IMG/VR virus record: IMGVR_UViG_3300033512_000103
Location: 1-41,263 of that record
Length of the DNA stretch: 41,263 nt
From: a virus
Strand: one strand, 5' to 3'
The position numbers and the translations under genes are program-made. Positions 34,182-41,147 of the stretch are shown here, piece after piece (position 1 is the first letter of the stretch; each line of letters starts with the position of its first letter). The notes beneath the pieces are model-generated. The model worked only from the letters and a program-made list of their open reading frames with translations. It was not told the origin of the DNA and did no database searches.

Positions 34182-34507
34182 AATTAAACAATCCGTTCCC
34201 AGAACCAGTTAGGTTGATGTACTTGTACGAAAAGCAGTGTTGGTTATGTAAAAGTAATATTGCTATACAAATTCATCATATCTGCGGAAGAGTTAGCGGG
34301 AGTGTCTTTAATTCGTTCCTGATTTGTGACGAGTGTCACGGTCATATGAAACATACACAGGAAGAGGAACAAAAGCTGTTTGCAATTACGGTAAAATGGG
34401 TGTATAATTGTAATTACAAACCGGTGGAGAATGATATTTTGTTCATTGAAAAGTATTATCGCCGGCTTGTAACACCAGAACTAGAGGAATGGCTGAAACA
34501 ACTATAA
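34178..34507 (+). CDS. HNH-like zinc-finger nuclease
   Basis: The ordered motif is CWLC...HH...N...CDECH. Confidence 0.6.
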   Translation: MKLNNPFPEPVRLMYLYEKQCWLCKSNIAIQIHHICGRVSGSVFNSFLICDECHGHMKHTQEEEQKLFAITVKWVYNCNYKPVENDILFIEKYYRRLVTPELEEWLKQL

Positions 34508-34854
34508 AACTGAAGATGAAAAAACCTGAACCTACAGAAAATGAGGTTCTAAATGCTGTTGGAGAATATCTAACACGCAGGGGTCACTTCTTTTTTAGGA
34601 CCAATAATGCTCCGACATTTCAGTCAGACGGTAGGGGTGGTGGATTTTTTAGAAGAGCAAGTAAGTTTTCAATAAAAGGTGTTCCGGACTTTATCTTGAT
34701 TGATAAGATCGGTACATTTATAGGTTTAGAAATAAAGCGTCCTTCAGGTAGACCTTCGCCAGAGCAGTTGGCATTTAAAAAGAAATGCGAGGAACTCGGC
34801 GCTGAATATTATTTGATAAAATCAATAGACGACTTAATTACTAATGGTCTTTAA
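34489..34854 (+). CDS. VRR-NUC domain nuclease
   Basis: GVPDFILIDK...GLEIKRPSGRPSPEQLAFKKKCEELGAEYYLIKSIDD matches the VRR-NUC PD-(D/E)xK signature. Confidence 0.8.
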   Translation: MAETTIKLKMKKPEPTENEVLNAVGEYLTRRGHFFFRTNNAPTFQSDGRGGGFFRRASKFSIKGVPDFILIDKIGTFIGLEIKRPSGRPSPEQLAFKKKCEELGAEYYLIKSIDDLITNGL

Positions 34855-34870
34855 AATAGGTTGATTTTGG

Positions 34871-34894
34871 GCGGGTGGTAATCCCCACCCCCGC
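34871..34894 (+). terminator. GC-rich bulged hairpin after the VRR-NUC gene (possible terminator; no U-tract)
   Basis: gcgggtgg-taatcc-ccacccccgc. Confidence 0.4.
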
Positions 34895-34948
34895 AATCCA
34901 TAAATTTGAATTTTCTTCATTTATTTTAGGGTTAGAGGTTCTTAATTT

Positions 34949-35099
34949 CCTCTCGCCCAGAGTCAATCTATATTGTGTATCTTAGGCGAGGGTTAAACCT
35001 CGTAATTTTGAACTAAGGCAAGAGTGGTTGTGTGGTTGAAATTCAATCGAAAGATTGGCTTCTTACTAGCCCACGTAACCCTGACTCTCGCCTAAGGTA
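34949..35099. repeat. Four copies of a roughly 12-nt motif (CTTAGGCGAGAG-like): two direct inner copies flanked by two inverted outer copies
   Basis: cctctcgcccagagtc at 34949-64 (inverted), cttaggcgagggtt at 34981-94, ctaaggcaagagtgg at 35013-27, gactctcgcctaaggt at 35084-99 (inverted). Confidence 0.7.
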
Positions 35100-35109
35100 T
35101 ATAAAAAAT

Positions 35110-35328
35110 ATGGCCGGACGAAAAACATCACGCAGATCAAAAAATATAATAAAACTTCTCGAAAATGGAGAAAGCCCTTATTCCCTTTATGCTCATAAAG
35201 GCTACCCAAAAGAGACAGTTAGGTACTATTGGCGCAAATTAAAATACCCTGAGAAATACAAGGCACACATAAAAACCATTACAAAATATAACTCTAATAG
35301 GCTTAAACTTGACAACACACAAAAATAG
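35110..35328 (+). CDS. Small putative HTH DNA-binding protein (72 aa from the ATG at 35110; the track start at 35032 is GTG)
   Basis: SKNIIKLLENGESPYSLYAHKGYPKETVRYYWRKL resembles homeodomain-like HTH regions. It has a basic N-terminus. Confidence 0.45.
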   Translation: MAGRKTSRRSKNIIKLLENGESPYSLYAHKGYPKETVRYYWRKLKYPEKYKAHIKTITKYNSNRLKLDNTQK

Positions 35329-35347
35329 TTTTCGAATAGTTATCCCC

Positions 35348-35375
35348 TTGCAATTATAACCCTATATCCTATAAT
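35348..35375 (+). promoter_or_regulatory. Sigma70-like promoter TTGCAA-N16-TATAAT (early promoter, copy B)
   Basis: ttgcaa at 35348-53 and tataat at 35370-75. It is paralogous to 94-121. Confidence 0.65.
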
Positions 35376-35380
35376 TTATA

Positions 35381-35409
35381 TATCACCAGATATTACTATA
35401 ACGGTGATA
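35381..35409 (+). promoter_or_regulatory. Inverted repeat TATCACC-N15-GGTGATA (copy B of the operator or hairpin)
   Basis: tatcacc at 35381-87 and ggtgata at 35403-09. Confidence 0.5.
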
Positions 35410-35418
35410 ATCAAAACA

Positions 35419-35580
35419 ATGCCAAAAAATGAGTTTACAAAAGCTGTCCTAGATGTAGTAAGGCAGTTTCTAGTAGATGTTAAAAGGGAGATCGAAAAAG
35501 AAGGATTGGTCGCGACTATTGATGAAGCAATTATCAAAGTAGATAACCAAATTAAAAACAATGAAAAGAATCAGGGTTAA
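35419..35580 (+). CDS. Small hypothetical early protein (53 aa, below the track cutoff)
   Basis: The ATG at 35419 sits in the conserved caaaacaATG context. It replaces the antisense track ORF 35376..35561. Confidence 0.55.
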   Translation: MPKNEFTKAVLDVVRQFLVDVKREIEKEGLVATIDEAIIKVDNQIKNNEKNQG

Positions 35581-35749
35581 TTACTTAGGAGAATTTTACA
35601 CAGAAATATACCCAAACAATACAGATAGAGAAGTGCGAATGTATAAAGCAAAGAAAGCATTTAAAGGATTTATAACCGAAGCAATAGCGTGTATAGGTTT
35701 TGTAGGAATATTAGCAATCTTTATCTTCTTAACCGCAGGAATAAATTAA
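35561..35749 (+). CDS. Small membrane protein (C-terminal TM helix)
   Basis: The C-terminal stretch AIACIGFVGILAIFIFLTAGI is hydrophobic. Confidence 0.5.
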   Translation: MKRIRVNYLGEFYTEIYPNNTDREVRMYKAKKAFKGFITEAIACIGFVGILAIFIFLTAGIN

Positions 35750-35750
35750 T

Positions 35751-35954
35751 ATGGAAAATTGTCATCAATGCGGTAGACCCTATGACGATAGTTTTGCAGA
35801 CTGGACTATATGTCGTGATTGTATGCTTGAACAGCAACAATATAGGGGGGTTGTATATATGGATAGTCTGGGAATTTGCTGGACACAGGAAGAATTGGAT
35901 AGTGCAGGCGGATTGGAAGAAGTTATCAAATTAAATAAAGAAGCGAGAATTTAA
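35751..35954 (+). CDS. Small Zn-ribbon protein
   Basis: CHQC...CRDC cysteine pairs. Confidence 0.55.
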   Translation: MENCHQCGRPYDDSFADWTICRDCMLEQQQYRGVVYMDSLGICWTQEELDSAGGLEEVIKLNKEARI

Positions 35955-35965
35955 AAATTAACATT

Positions 35966-36466
35966 ATGAAAAAACTAACCAAAATAACAATCATAGTAGT
36001 AGCTGTGATATTTATTGCTGGGTGTTTTATAGAGTTAAAAGACACGACAGTAATAAACGATACACAGTATTTTGAAGCAAAAGACACATTGAAATTAAAG
36101 ATAAGAGAATTAAAGGATAATATTCTTGATAGACTAAAATCCTGCGAAAGTAGTGAAGCAAAGGAAAGTGACGCGCTTATTATTTTTGACTCTAATAGAG
36201 TGCCGTCTATTGGAAATTATATGTTCCAAAGGCTAACAGTTATTGGGTACTATAAAAAACTTTATAATAGGGATATTACAATGTTAGAAGCAACGCTTAT
36301 TGCTCTTGATGAGAAAAAAGCACGACAACTAGCAGACGATATTATCTTTGAAAAGAACCCAGAGAATAAAGTTAATGAATTTGCTGGTATTAATAATTGG
36401 GAAAATTGCAAATATAAAATTGGTTTAGAGGAAGACATAAGGTGGATTAATAAAATAAGTAAATAG
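35966..36466 (+). CDS. Lipoprotein (possible transglycosylase-like CES...G.YMFQ motif; weak)
   Basis: The signal peptide has the lipobox IAGC (MKKLTKITIIVVAVIFIAGC). LKSCESSE...IGNYMFQ loosely resembles the transglycosylase-like CES...GlxQF pattern. Confidence 0.6.
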   Translation: MKKLTKITIIVVAVIFIAGCFIELKDTTVINDTQYFEAKDTLKLKIRELKDNILDRLKSCESSEAKESDALIIFDSNRVPSIGNYMFQRLTVIGYYKKLYNRDITMLEATLIALDEKKARQLADDIIFEKNPENKVNEFAGINNWENCKYKIGLEEDIRWINKISK

Positions 36467-36468
36467 TT

Positions 36469-36654
36469 ATGGAAAAAGAATTCTATGTAGTAAAAGTATG
36501 TTCAAAAAAAGTCGGAATTAAAGACATACAGATTGTTGAAGTCGGGAAACTTATTAAGGCCTACGGATTTGTGTCGATTATAAAGGTATTTAAATCAAAT
36601 AACGGTAAGGCTCTTGATAGAGCATTGGCGTTTATTAATAAACAATATAAATAA
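36469..36654 (+). CDS. Hypothetical protein
   Basis: 61-aa ORF. Confidence 0.5.
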   Translation: MEKEFYVVKVCSKKVGIKDIQIVEVGKLIKAYGFVSIIKVFKSNNGKALDRALAFINKQYK

Positions 36655-36659
36655 AATTT

Positions 36660-36836
36660 ATGGAATACGTAATAATTTGGTTTTTAATTTATTTCTTACC
36701 ATACATAATTGCTGGTAGCAGAAATACAAAAAATAGCACACAGGTATTAATCATTAACATATTCTTAGGTTGGACCTTTATCGGTTGGGTTATTGCCCTC
36801 GCAATGTCCTTTTCAGAGAATATTAGAACTAAATAA
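36660..36836 (+). CDS. Superinfection-immunity-family membrane protein (Imm_superinfect-like, 58 aa, below the track cutoff)
   Basis: YFLPYIIAGSRNTKNSTQVLIINIFLGWTFIGWVIALAMS matches the YFLP.iiA..R......I...N...GWT.iGW..AL signature. Confidence 0.7.
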   Translation: MEYVIIWFLIYFLPYIIAGSRNTKNSTQVLIINIFLGWTFIGWVIALAMSFSENIRTK

Positions 36837-36839
36837 ATT

Positions 36840-37145
36840 ATGAAAAATTTAATAGAAAAATGGTTGGGAATAGATAGTTTACAATTGAGAGTTACTTGTT
36901 TAGAAAGGGAGAATCAAACATTAAATAAAAAATTATCAGACAATCTGGATATTGAAGAGGGTAATGCCTATCCAATAAACTCTCTTGTCGAACTTGTATT
37001 TGGAATAATGAATTATTTAGGTATAAAGCGTAAGGTTTCTTTTTTAGAAGTACCAGAAATAATTGAGAATAGAGCTGAAAGAAAATTCGAGGTCGTCAAA
37101 AGAAAAAAAAGTAAATTAGTTAAAAAATTATGGACTCAGAATTAA
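36840..37145 (+). CDS. Hypothetical protein
   Basis: 101-aa ORF with a basic C-terminus. Confidence 0.5.
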   Translation: MKNLIEKWLGIDSLQLRVTCLERENQTLNKKLSDNLDIEEGNAYPINSLVELVFGIMNYLGIKRKVSFLEVPEIIENRAERKFEVVKRKKSKLVKKLWTQN

Positions 37146-37294
37146 AAGATAAATACTGGTTCGATCTTCAAAATCATTACTTTGATCCTGAGAATAATCT
37201 TGCCAAAAACAATGAAGATTTTGGCGGATTTGAAAGCTGGATAAATAGTTTATCAGACGAGCGTATCAAAGAAATTTTAAAGATAAGTAAATAA
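37130..37294 (+). CDS. Small hypothetical protein (54 aa, below the track cutoff)
   Basis: ATG at 37130 and TAA at 37292-94. It abuts the next ATG at 37296. Confidence 0.45.
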   Translation: MDSELKDKYWFDLQNHYFDPENNLAKNNEDFGGFESWINSLSDERIKEILKISK

Positions 37295-37295
37295 A

Positions 37296-37649
37296 ATGGA
37301 ATCAGCCGAAACAAAGAAGATAAAGGATCTAAAGAAAAAGATATTGAATATTCTCAAGGAATTTCCGGAGACAAGAAACTCTGACATTGCTCTGACTATA
37401 AAAGTATGGAAGGAATACTGTCCTACTAAAATAATTTACAGCCAGAAATATGATGATGATTTTATTAGACTAAAGGACCTATTTGTTCTTCCAAGAGAGG
37501 ATAATATTAAAAGAATCAGGGCGAATATTCAGAGTCCAAAAATCAAGGGCGGAATGGAATTATATCCGCCGACGTCTGAAGAGGTCGCAAGGCAGAGGGG
37601 ATTTAATATGGACGACTGGCACAGAGTTATGGCTTGGGGTATTAAATAA
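37296..37649 (+). CDS. Hypothetical protein
   Basis: 117-aa ORF. Confidence 0.55.
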   Translation: MESAETKKIKDLKKKILNILKEFPETRNSDIALTIKVWKEYCPTKIIYSQKYDDDFIRLKDLFVLPREDNIKRIRANIQSPKIKGGMELYPPTSEEVARQRGFNMDDWHRVMAWGIK

Positions 37650-37691
37650 TTATTAGACCAGCAAGTCGTTAAACTGCAATTTTAAAAAATA

Positions 37692-37832
37692 ATGAAAACA
37701 AAAACAGTAAGAGAATTAATATTAGAACTATCGAACAGATCTGCATTTTGGTTAGCTTGGGCGGTTATTTGGAGAGCTTGGGTAATAATGTTTATCGTTG
37801 GTCTTGTCATTGGTGTTTTGGAAGTGCTTTAA
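37692..37832 (+). CDS. Small membrane protein (46 aa, below the track cutoff)
   Basis: Hydrophobic stretch AFWLAWAVIWRAWVIMFIVGLVIGVL. Confidence 0.45.
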   Translation: MKTKTVRELILELSNRSAFWLAWAVIWRAWVIMFIVGLVIGVLEVL

Positions 37833-37847
37833 TATATTTTTGTCAGT

Positions 37848-37958
37848 CCTAGCCTGTGGCTATTAGTAAAAAATTTCATTGTTTTGAACTATCACTAACG
37901 CTATTGGTAACAAAATCAAAGCGTTTGCGCACTAGCTAAAAGTTGGCCACAGGGCAGG
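37848..37958 (+). other. Long-range stem enclosing about 85 nt (possible structured RNA or insulator) in a 182-nt intergenic region
   Basis: cctgtggc at 37853-60 pairs perfectly with gccacagg at 37946-53, and three more pairs follow a 2-nt internal loop. The inner stem is aacgc (37897-901) with gcgtt (37921-25). Confidence 0.35.
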
Positions 37959-37980
37959 GCCGATAAGATATTAATTGGAA

Positions 37981-38008
37981 TTGCTTTTATAAACTATAGG
38001 TGTATAAT
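37981..38008 (+). promoter_or_regulatory. Promoter TTGCTT-N16-TATAAT, with the -10 element 6 nt upstream of the ATG at 38015 (leaderless)
   Basis: ttgctt at 37981-86 and tataat at 38003-08, then taatgt, then atg. Confidence 0.6.
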
Positions 38009-38014
38009 TAATGT

Positions 38015-38449
38015 ATGAAATATTCAGAAATAGATAGATTGTATGGTCTTTTAGCACCATTAAAGCTAAATGTGGTTAATTCATTATCAAGACGAAGATT
38101 ATTAAAACTTTTAAAAGCAGAAACTGAGATTGTCTCTGATGAAATTAGAGAGAAAAGAATTAAGTATTCTTTGAAAAATCCTGACGGATCTGAGAAAATT
38201 GTTGACAATGAATACCAATTTACAAAGGAAGACAGGAAATTATTTGATGAAGAAATTAAAGATCTTCTTGACCAGAAGTCTAGAATAGATTTTTCGGGAA
38301 ATATGGAAGATCTAAAGAATTGTACCGTATATCTTCAGGAGCAGATTGATAAGACTGTCGCAGATAAAAAAGACGGTATGAATAGTAAAGAGTTTGAATA
38401 TGTTGCTATGTTGCAGGAATGGATCGAAAAGTTATCTAATATAAAATAG
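38015..38449 (+). CDS. Hypothetical protein (first gene of the glycosylation-cluster transcription unit)
   Basis: 144-aa ORF with no motif. Confidence 0.55.
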   Translation: MKYSEIDRLYGLLAPLKLNVVNSLSRRRLLKLLKAETEIVSDEIREKRIKYSLKNPDGSEKIVDNEYQFTKEDRKLFDEEIKDLLDQKSRIDFSGNMEDLKNCTVYLQEQIDKTVADKKDGMNSKEFEYVAMLQEWIEKLSNIK

Positions 38450-38451
38450 AA

Positions 38452-39363
38452 ATGAACGTAGATGTCTTTGCACGAGAGAAACATCACCAAGTACACGCCC
38501 AAGCCATAGCCAAAGGTTTGGGTGTTGCTGTAAAGGACAGGTCTGACCAAATAACGGCAGACTATGTATGTGTTTTTTCTTTTGGAGATTTACGCGTTGT
38601 TGCTGAAATAGGAAAAGGTATAATCTTTTGTGAACACGGTGTAGGAATGTTTTACAATGTTGTCCACCCTAGTTACGCCGGAAGTCTTAGAAATCGAGAA
38701 AACGTAGTATTGAGATTATCGCCAAACGAAACACACGCAGAGAAAGAAAGAGAAACTTTAGAATGTCCGGTCGAGGTTATTGGAGTTCCAAAATTAGATA
38801 GATTTGCCAATAGGTATTGGAATTTCAACAGGACCAAACCGACTGTAGCCATATCGTTTCACTTTGACTGTCTTGTTTGTCCTGAAACTAGAAGCTCGTT
38901 TTCATATTTTAAGGACGTGATACCTGAATTAAAAAAACACTTTAATCTCATTGGTCATTCACACCCGAGATATGCCAGTGTCTTAGAGCCATTCTATAGA
39001 AAAAATAAAATAAGATTTGTTAAAGATTTCGAGGAAGTCTTGGAACACGCCGACGTTTATTGTATAGACAACAGTTCAACGATATTTGAATGGTGTATAA
39101 CTCAGAAACCAATAGTTCTGCTCAATCCACCGTTCTATAGAAAAGAAGTCGAACATAAAGGTAATCCAAGATTTTGGAAACATTCCGGTATCGCCCCACT
39201 TTGTGAAAGGCCGGAAGATTTAATAGACTCTATCTGGGAAGCCATAAATAATCACGAAAAATATGTTCCGAAGATCAGAGAAGCAAATAAAGACGTTCTA
39301 ACATTTACAGACGGAAGATGTGCAGAACGAGCAGTTAACGCAATAATAAGTAGAATACAATGA
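38452..39363 (+). CDS. GT-B-like glycosyl- or glycerophosphotransferase (TagB/F-like C-terminal motif)
   Basis: ADVYCIDNSSTIFEWCITQKPIVLLNPPFYRKE resembles the D.SS..fD....kPii...D...Y motif of the Glyphos_transf family. Confidence 0.45.
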   Translation: MNVDVFAREKHHQVHAQAIAKGLGVAVKDRSDQITADYVCVFSFGDLRVVAEIGKGIIFCEHGVGMFYNVVHPSYAGSLRNRENVVLRLSPNETHAEKERETLECPVEVIGVPKLDRFANRYWNFNRTKPTVAISFHFDCLVCPETRSSFSYFKDVIPELKKHFNLIGHSHPRYASVLEPFYRKNKIRFVKDFEEVLEHADVYCIDNSSTIFEWCITQKPIVLLNPPFYRKEVEHKGNPRFWKHSGIAPLCERPEDLIDSIWEAINNHEKYVPKIREANKDVLTFTDGRCAERAVNAIISRIQ

Positions 39364-39920
39364 AAATATCAATCAGCATAATGTGTCACCCAAGTAGAGC
39401 GCACCTACTCCCATATCTCTGGGAGAAACTTGGTAATGTCCCTGTCGCTATGGACGAGAAAAATAATATTTGGGACACCTGTAAAAGAGCTTGGAAATTA
39501 CACGATCCGACAGCCGATTACCATTTCGTAATTCAGGACGACGCAATTATTGGACACGATTTTTATGAGAGACTTCAAAAAGTCGTTAGCAATGGAGAGT
39601 ATGTTTATAACTTATATCTTGGAAGACCAAGACTTGTTCATAAGGTTCTAAAGTGCAAAGAAGAAGGTATCGACCATTTAATTGAACCACACACTTACCA
39701 CGAAATCGCACTCGGCTTCCCTGTTAAATATATCAATGAAATGATAGAATATGGGGACAAGATTAATTCGGTACACGATAGATTTTTAAATGAATTTAAA
39801 AGAGAAAAGGGATTGAAGGTATATTTTCCACTACCTAGTTTGATAGACCATAGAGCCGAACCTAGTCTTCATAACTATAACCGTGGCCATTATAAACCGG
39901 TTGCAACTTGGTTCGAATAA
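39360..39920 (+). CDS. Putative GT-A-type glycosyltransferase
   Basis: The N-terminal MKISISIMCHPSR and a DxD-like FVIQDDAII are present. The gene is coupled (ATGA) to the upstream gene. This is weak evidence. Confidence 0.4.
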   Translation: MKISISIMCHPSRAHLLPYLWEKLGNVPVAMDEKNNIWDTCKRAWKLHDPTADYHFVIQDDAIIGHDFYERLQKVVSNGEYVYNLYLGRPRLVHKVLKCKEEGIDHLIEPHTYHEIALGFPVKYINEMIEYGDKINSVHDRFLNEFKREKGLKVYFPLPSLIDHRAEPSLHNYNRGHYKPVATWFE

Positions 39921-39924
39921 AACT

Positions 39925-40491
39925 ATGAAAGATACATATTTTCAAGGAGTTAGAATGTTACCAACATCAAGAAAAAGACTTGAGGCATTAGATAATCTAT
40001 TAAAAAGTACAGGCAGAAAAGATTTGAATATTCTCGAAGTTGGTTCTCTACACGGAGAGTCAGCCAAAGTTTTAGGTAAATACGGAAAAGTTACTTGTGT
40101 AGATTTGTGGGAATTTGGTACAGAAGAATTTAAAAAGAATACCGCAGGACTAGATATTGAGATGATACAAGGTAGTAGCTTGGATATTTTAGCAGAACTT
40201 CCACCAGAAAGTTTTGATTTGATTTATATTGACGGAAATCACACGTACGATTACGTTGTCGAGGATATACGTAATTCAAAAACTCTTATCAGAAGTGGTG
40301 GTTATATTTGTGGAGATGATTTAGAAAAACAGATTTGGCCTATAGCTTTCTTCTCGAATGATTATGACAAAGCTATAAGACATAAAGATGTAGATTACTT
40401 TGAAGGAATCCATTGGGGCGTAAGTTTGGCCGTTGTCGAAGAGCTTGGTGAAGTTGAATGTATTAATGGCTTTTGGTTTAAAAAGATATGA
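39925..40491 (+). CDS. Class I SAM-dependent methyltransferase (Methyltransf_24-like); the ATG at 39925 is preferred over the track start at 39883
   Basis: LNILEVGSLHGESAKVL is a motif I-like sequence. FDLIYIDGNHTYDYVVEDI and GGYICGDD are typical of this family. Confidence 0.7.
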   Translation: MKDTYFQGVRMLPTSRKRLEALDNLLKSTGRKDLNILEVGSLHGESAKVLGKYGKVTCVDLWEFGTEEFKKNTAGLDIEMIQGSSLDILAELPPESFDLIYIDGNHTYDYVVEDIRNSKTLIRSGGYICGDDLEKQIWPIAFFSNDYDKAIRHKDVDYFEGIHWGVSLAVVEELGEVECINGFWFKKI

Positions 40492-41147
40492 TTTCAATAA
40501 TCTGCGCGACAAAAAATAGACCGGAGAATGTAAAGAGATTAATTCAATCGGCTAAAGATACCGCACAAGATTTTGAATTTGTTTTTATTATAGATGAGGG
40601 AGATACTATTGAAGCTCAGGGTTACACTGTAGTAATAAATAAACAGGGATTTGTTTCACTAGGAACTTTATTCAATATGGGAGTACCATATGCAAAAGGT
40701 GATGTTTTTATGCTTTGCGGTGATGACGTTGTTTTTAGAAGTAAAGATTGGGATAAAATTGTTCAGGATAAGATTAACTCATTTAAAGATAAGATTTGTT
40801 TAGTCTATGGTGATGATTTATTACAGGGCGAAAGAATGGCAACGCACCCTTTTGTTCATAAGAATTGGGTTGAAGCACTTGGGTATTTGAATCCGCCACA
40901 GTTTTATTCAGATTTCGGAGATGTATATCTTATGGACTTGGCCAGAGGCGTAAATAGGTTGGTTTATCTTCCAGAAGTTGTTGCCGAACACTTACACCCA
41001 TTTGGAAATAAAGCGCCAACTGATGACACATACGAGAGGAGAGTTAAATATAAAAAAAGAGCGCGAAGGATTTACAACAACTCATTGGATCAAAAAAAAG
41101 AGGACATAGATAAGATAATCTCGTTTATGGATCGTTCTATTAGCTAA
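40488..41147 (+). CDS. Family 2 (GT-A) glycosyltransferase
   Basis: MISIICATKNRPENVKRLIQS is a GT2 N-terminus. FIIDEGD and LCGDDVVF are DxD-type motifs. The CDS terminates inside the terminal repeat. Confidence 0.7.
   Translation: MISIICATKNRPENVKRLIQSAKDTAQDFEFVFIIDEGDTIEAQGYTVVINKQGFVSLGTLFNMGVPYAKGDVFMLCGDDVVFRSKDWDKIVQDKINSFKDKICLVYGDDLLQGERMATHPFVHKNWVEALGYLNPPQFYSDFGDVYLMDLARGVNRLVYLPEVVAEHLHPFGNKAPTDDTYERRVKYKKRARRIYNNSLDQKKEDIDKIISFMDRSIS

Noticed and set aside
35376-35561. The 61-aa minus-strand ORF in the early promoter region.
   Set aside because: The + strand ORF 35419-35580 starts in a context conserved with the paralogous region at 165 and lies downstream of a good promoter. 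The minus ORF is hydrophobic and looks like antisense noise.
7522-35934. Other + strand alternative-frame ORFs nested in larger genes (7522-7704, 13929-14144, 23224-23514, 26357-26641, 35689-35934).
   Set aside because: They are fully embedded in well-supported CDSs (capsid, tape measure, tailspike, MPE, and the Zn-ribbon and membrane genes) and have no independent signals.
37150-37170. A tRNA T-arm-like string ggttcgatc, and a general search for tRNA genes in the large intergenic regions.
   Set aside because: The string lies inside a plausible 54-aa ORF, and no acceptor, D or anticodon stems can be drawn around it. The regions 34855-35109 and 37833-38014 also do not fold into cloverleaves by eye.
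2171-40512. All minus-strand ORFs in the supplied track, for example 2171-2575, 3811-4209, 6288-6773, 9636-9908, 17846-18238, 25774-26145, 26230-26601, 38335-38550 and 40321-40512.
   Set aside because: Each lies antisense within, or straddles, a longer + strand ORF with recognisable motifs or synteny. Their translations are low-complexity or Ser/Leu/Ile-rich. None has its own promoter-like or start context. The genome reads as strictly unidirectional.
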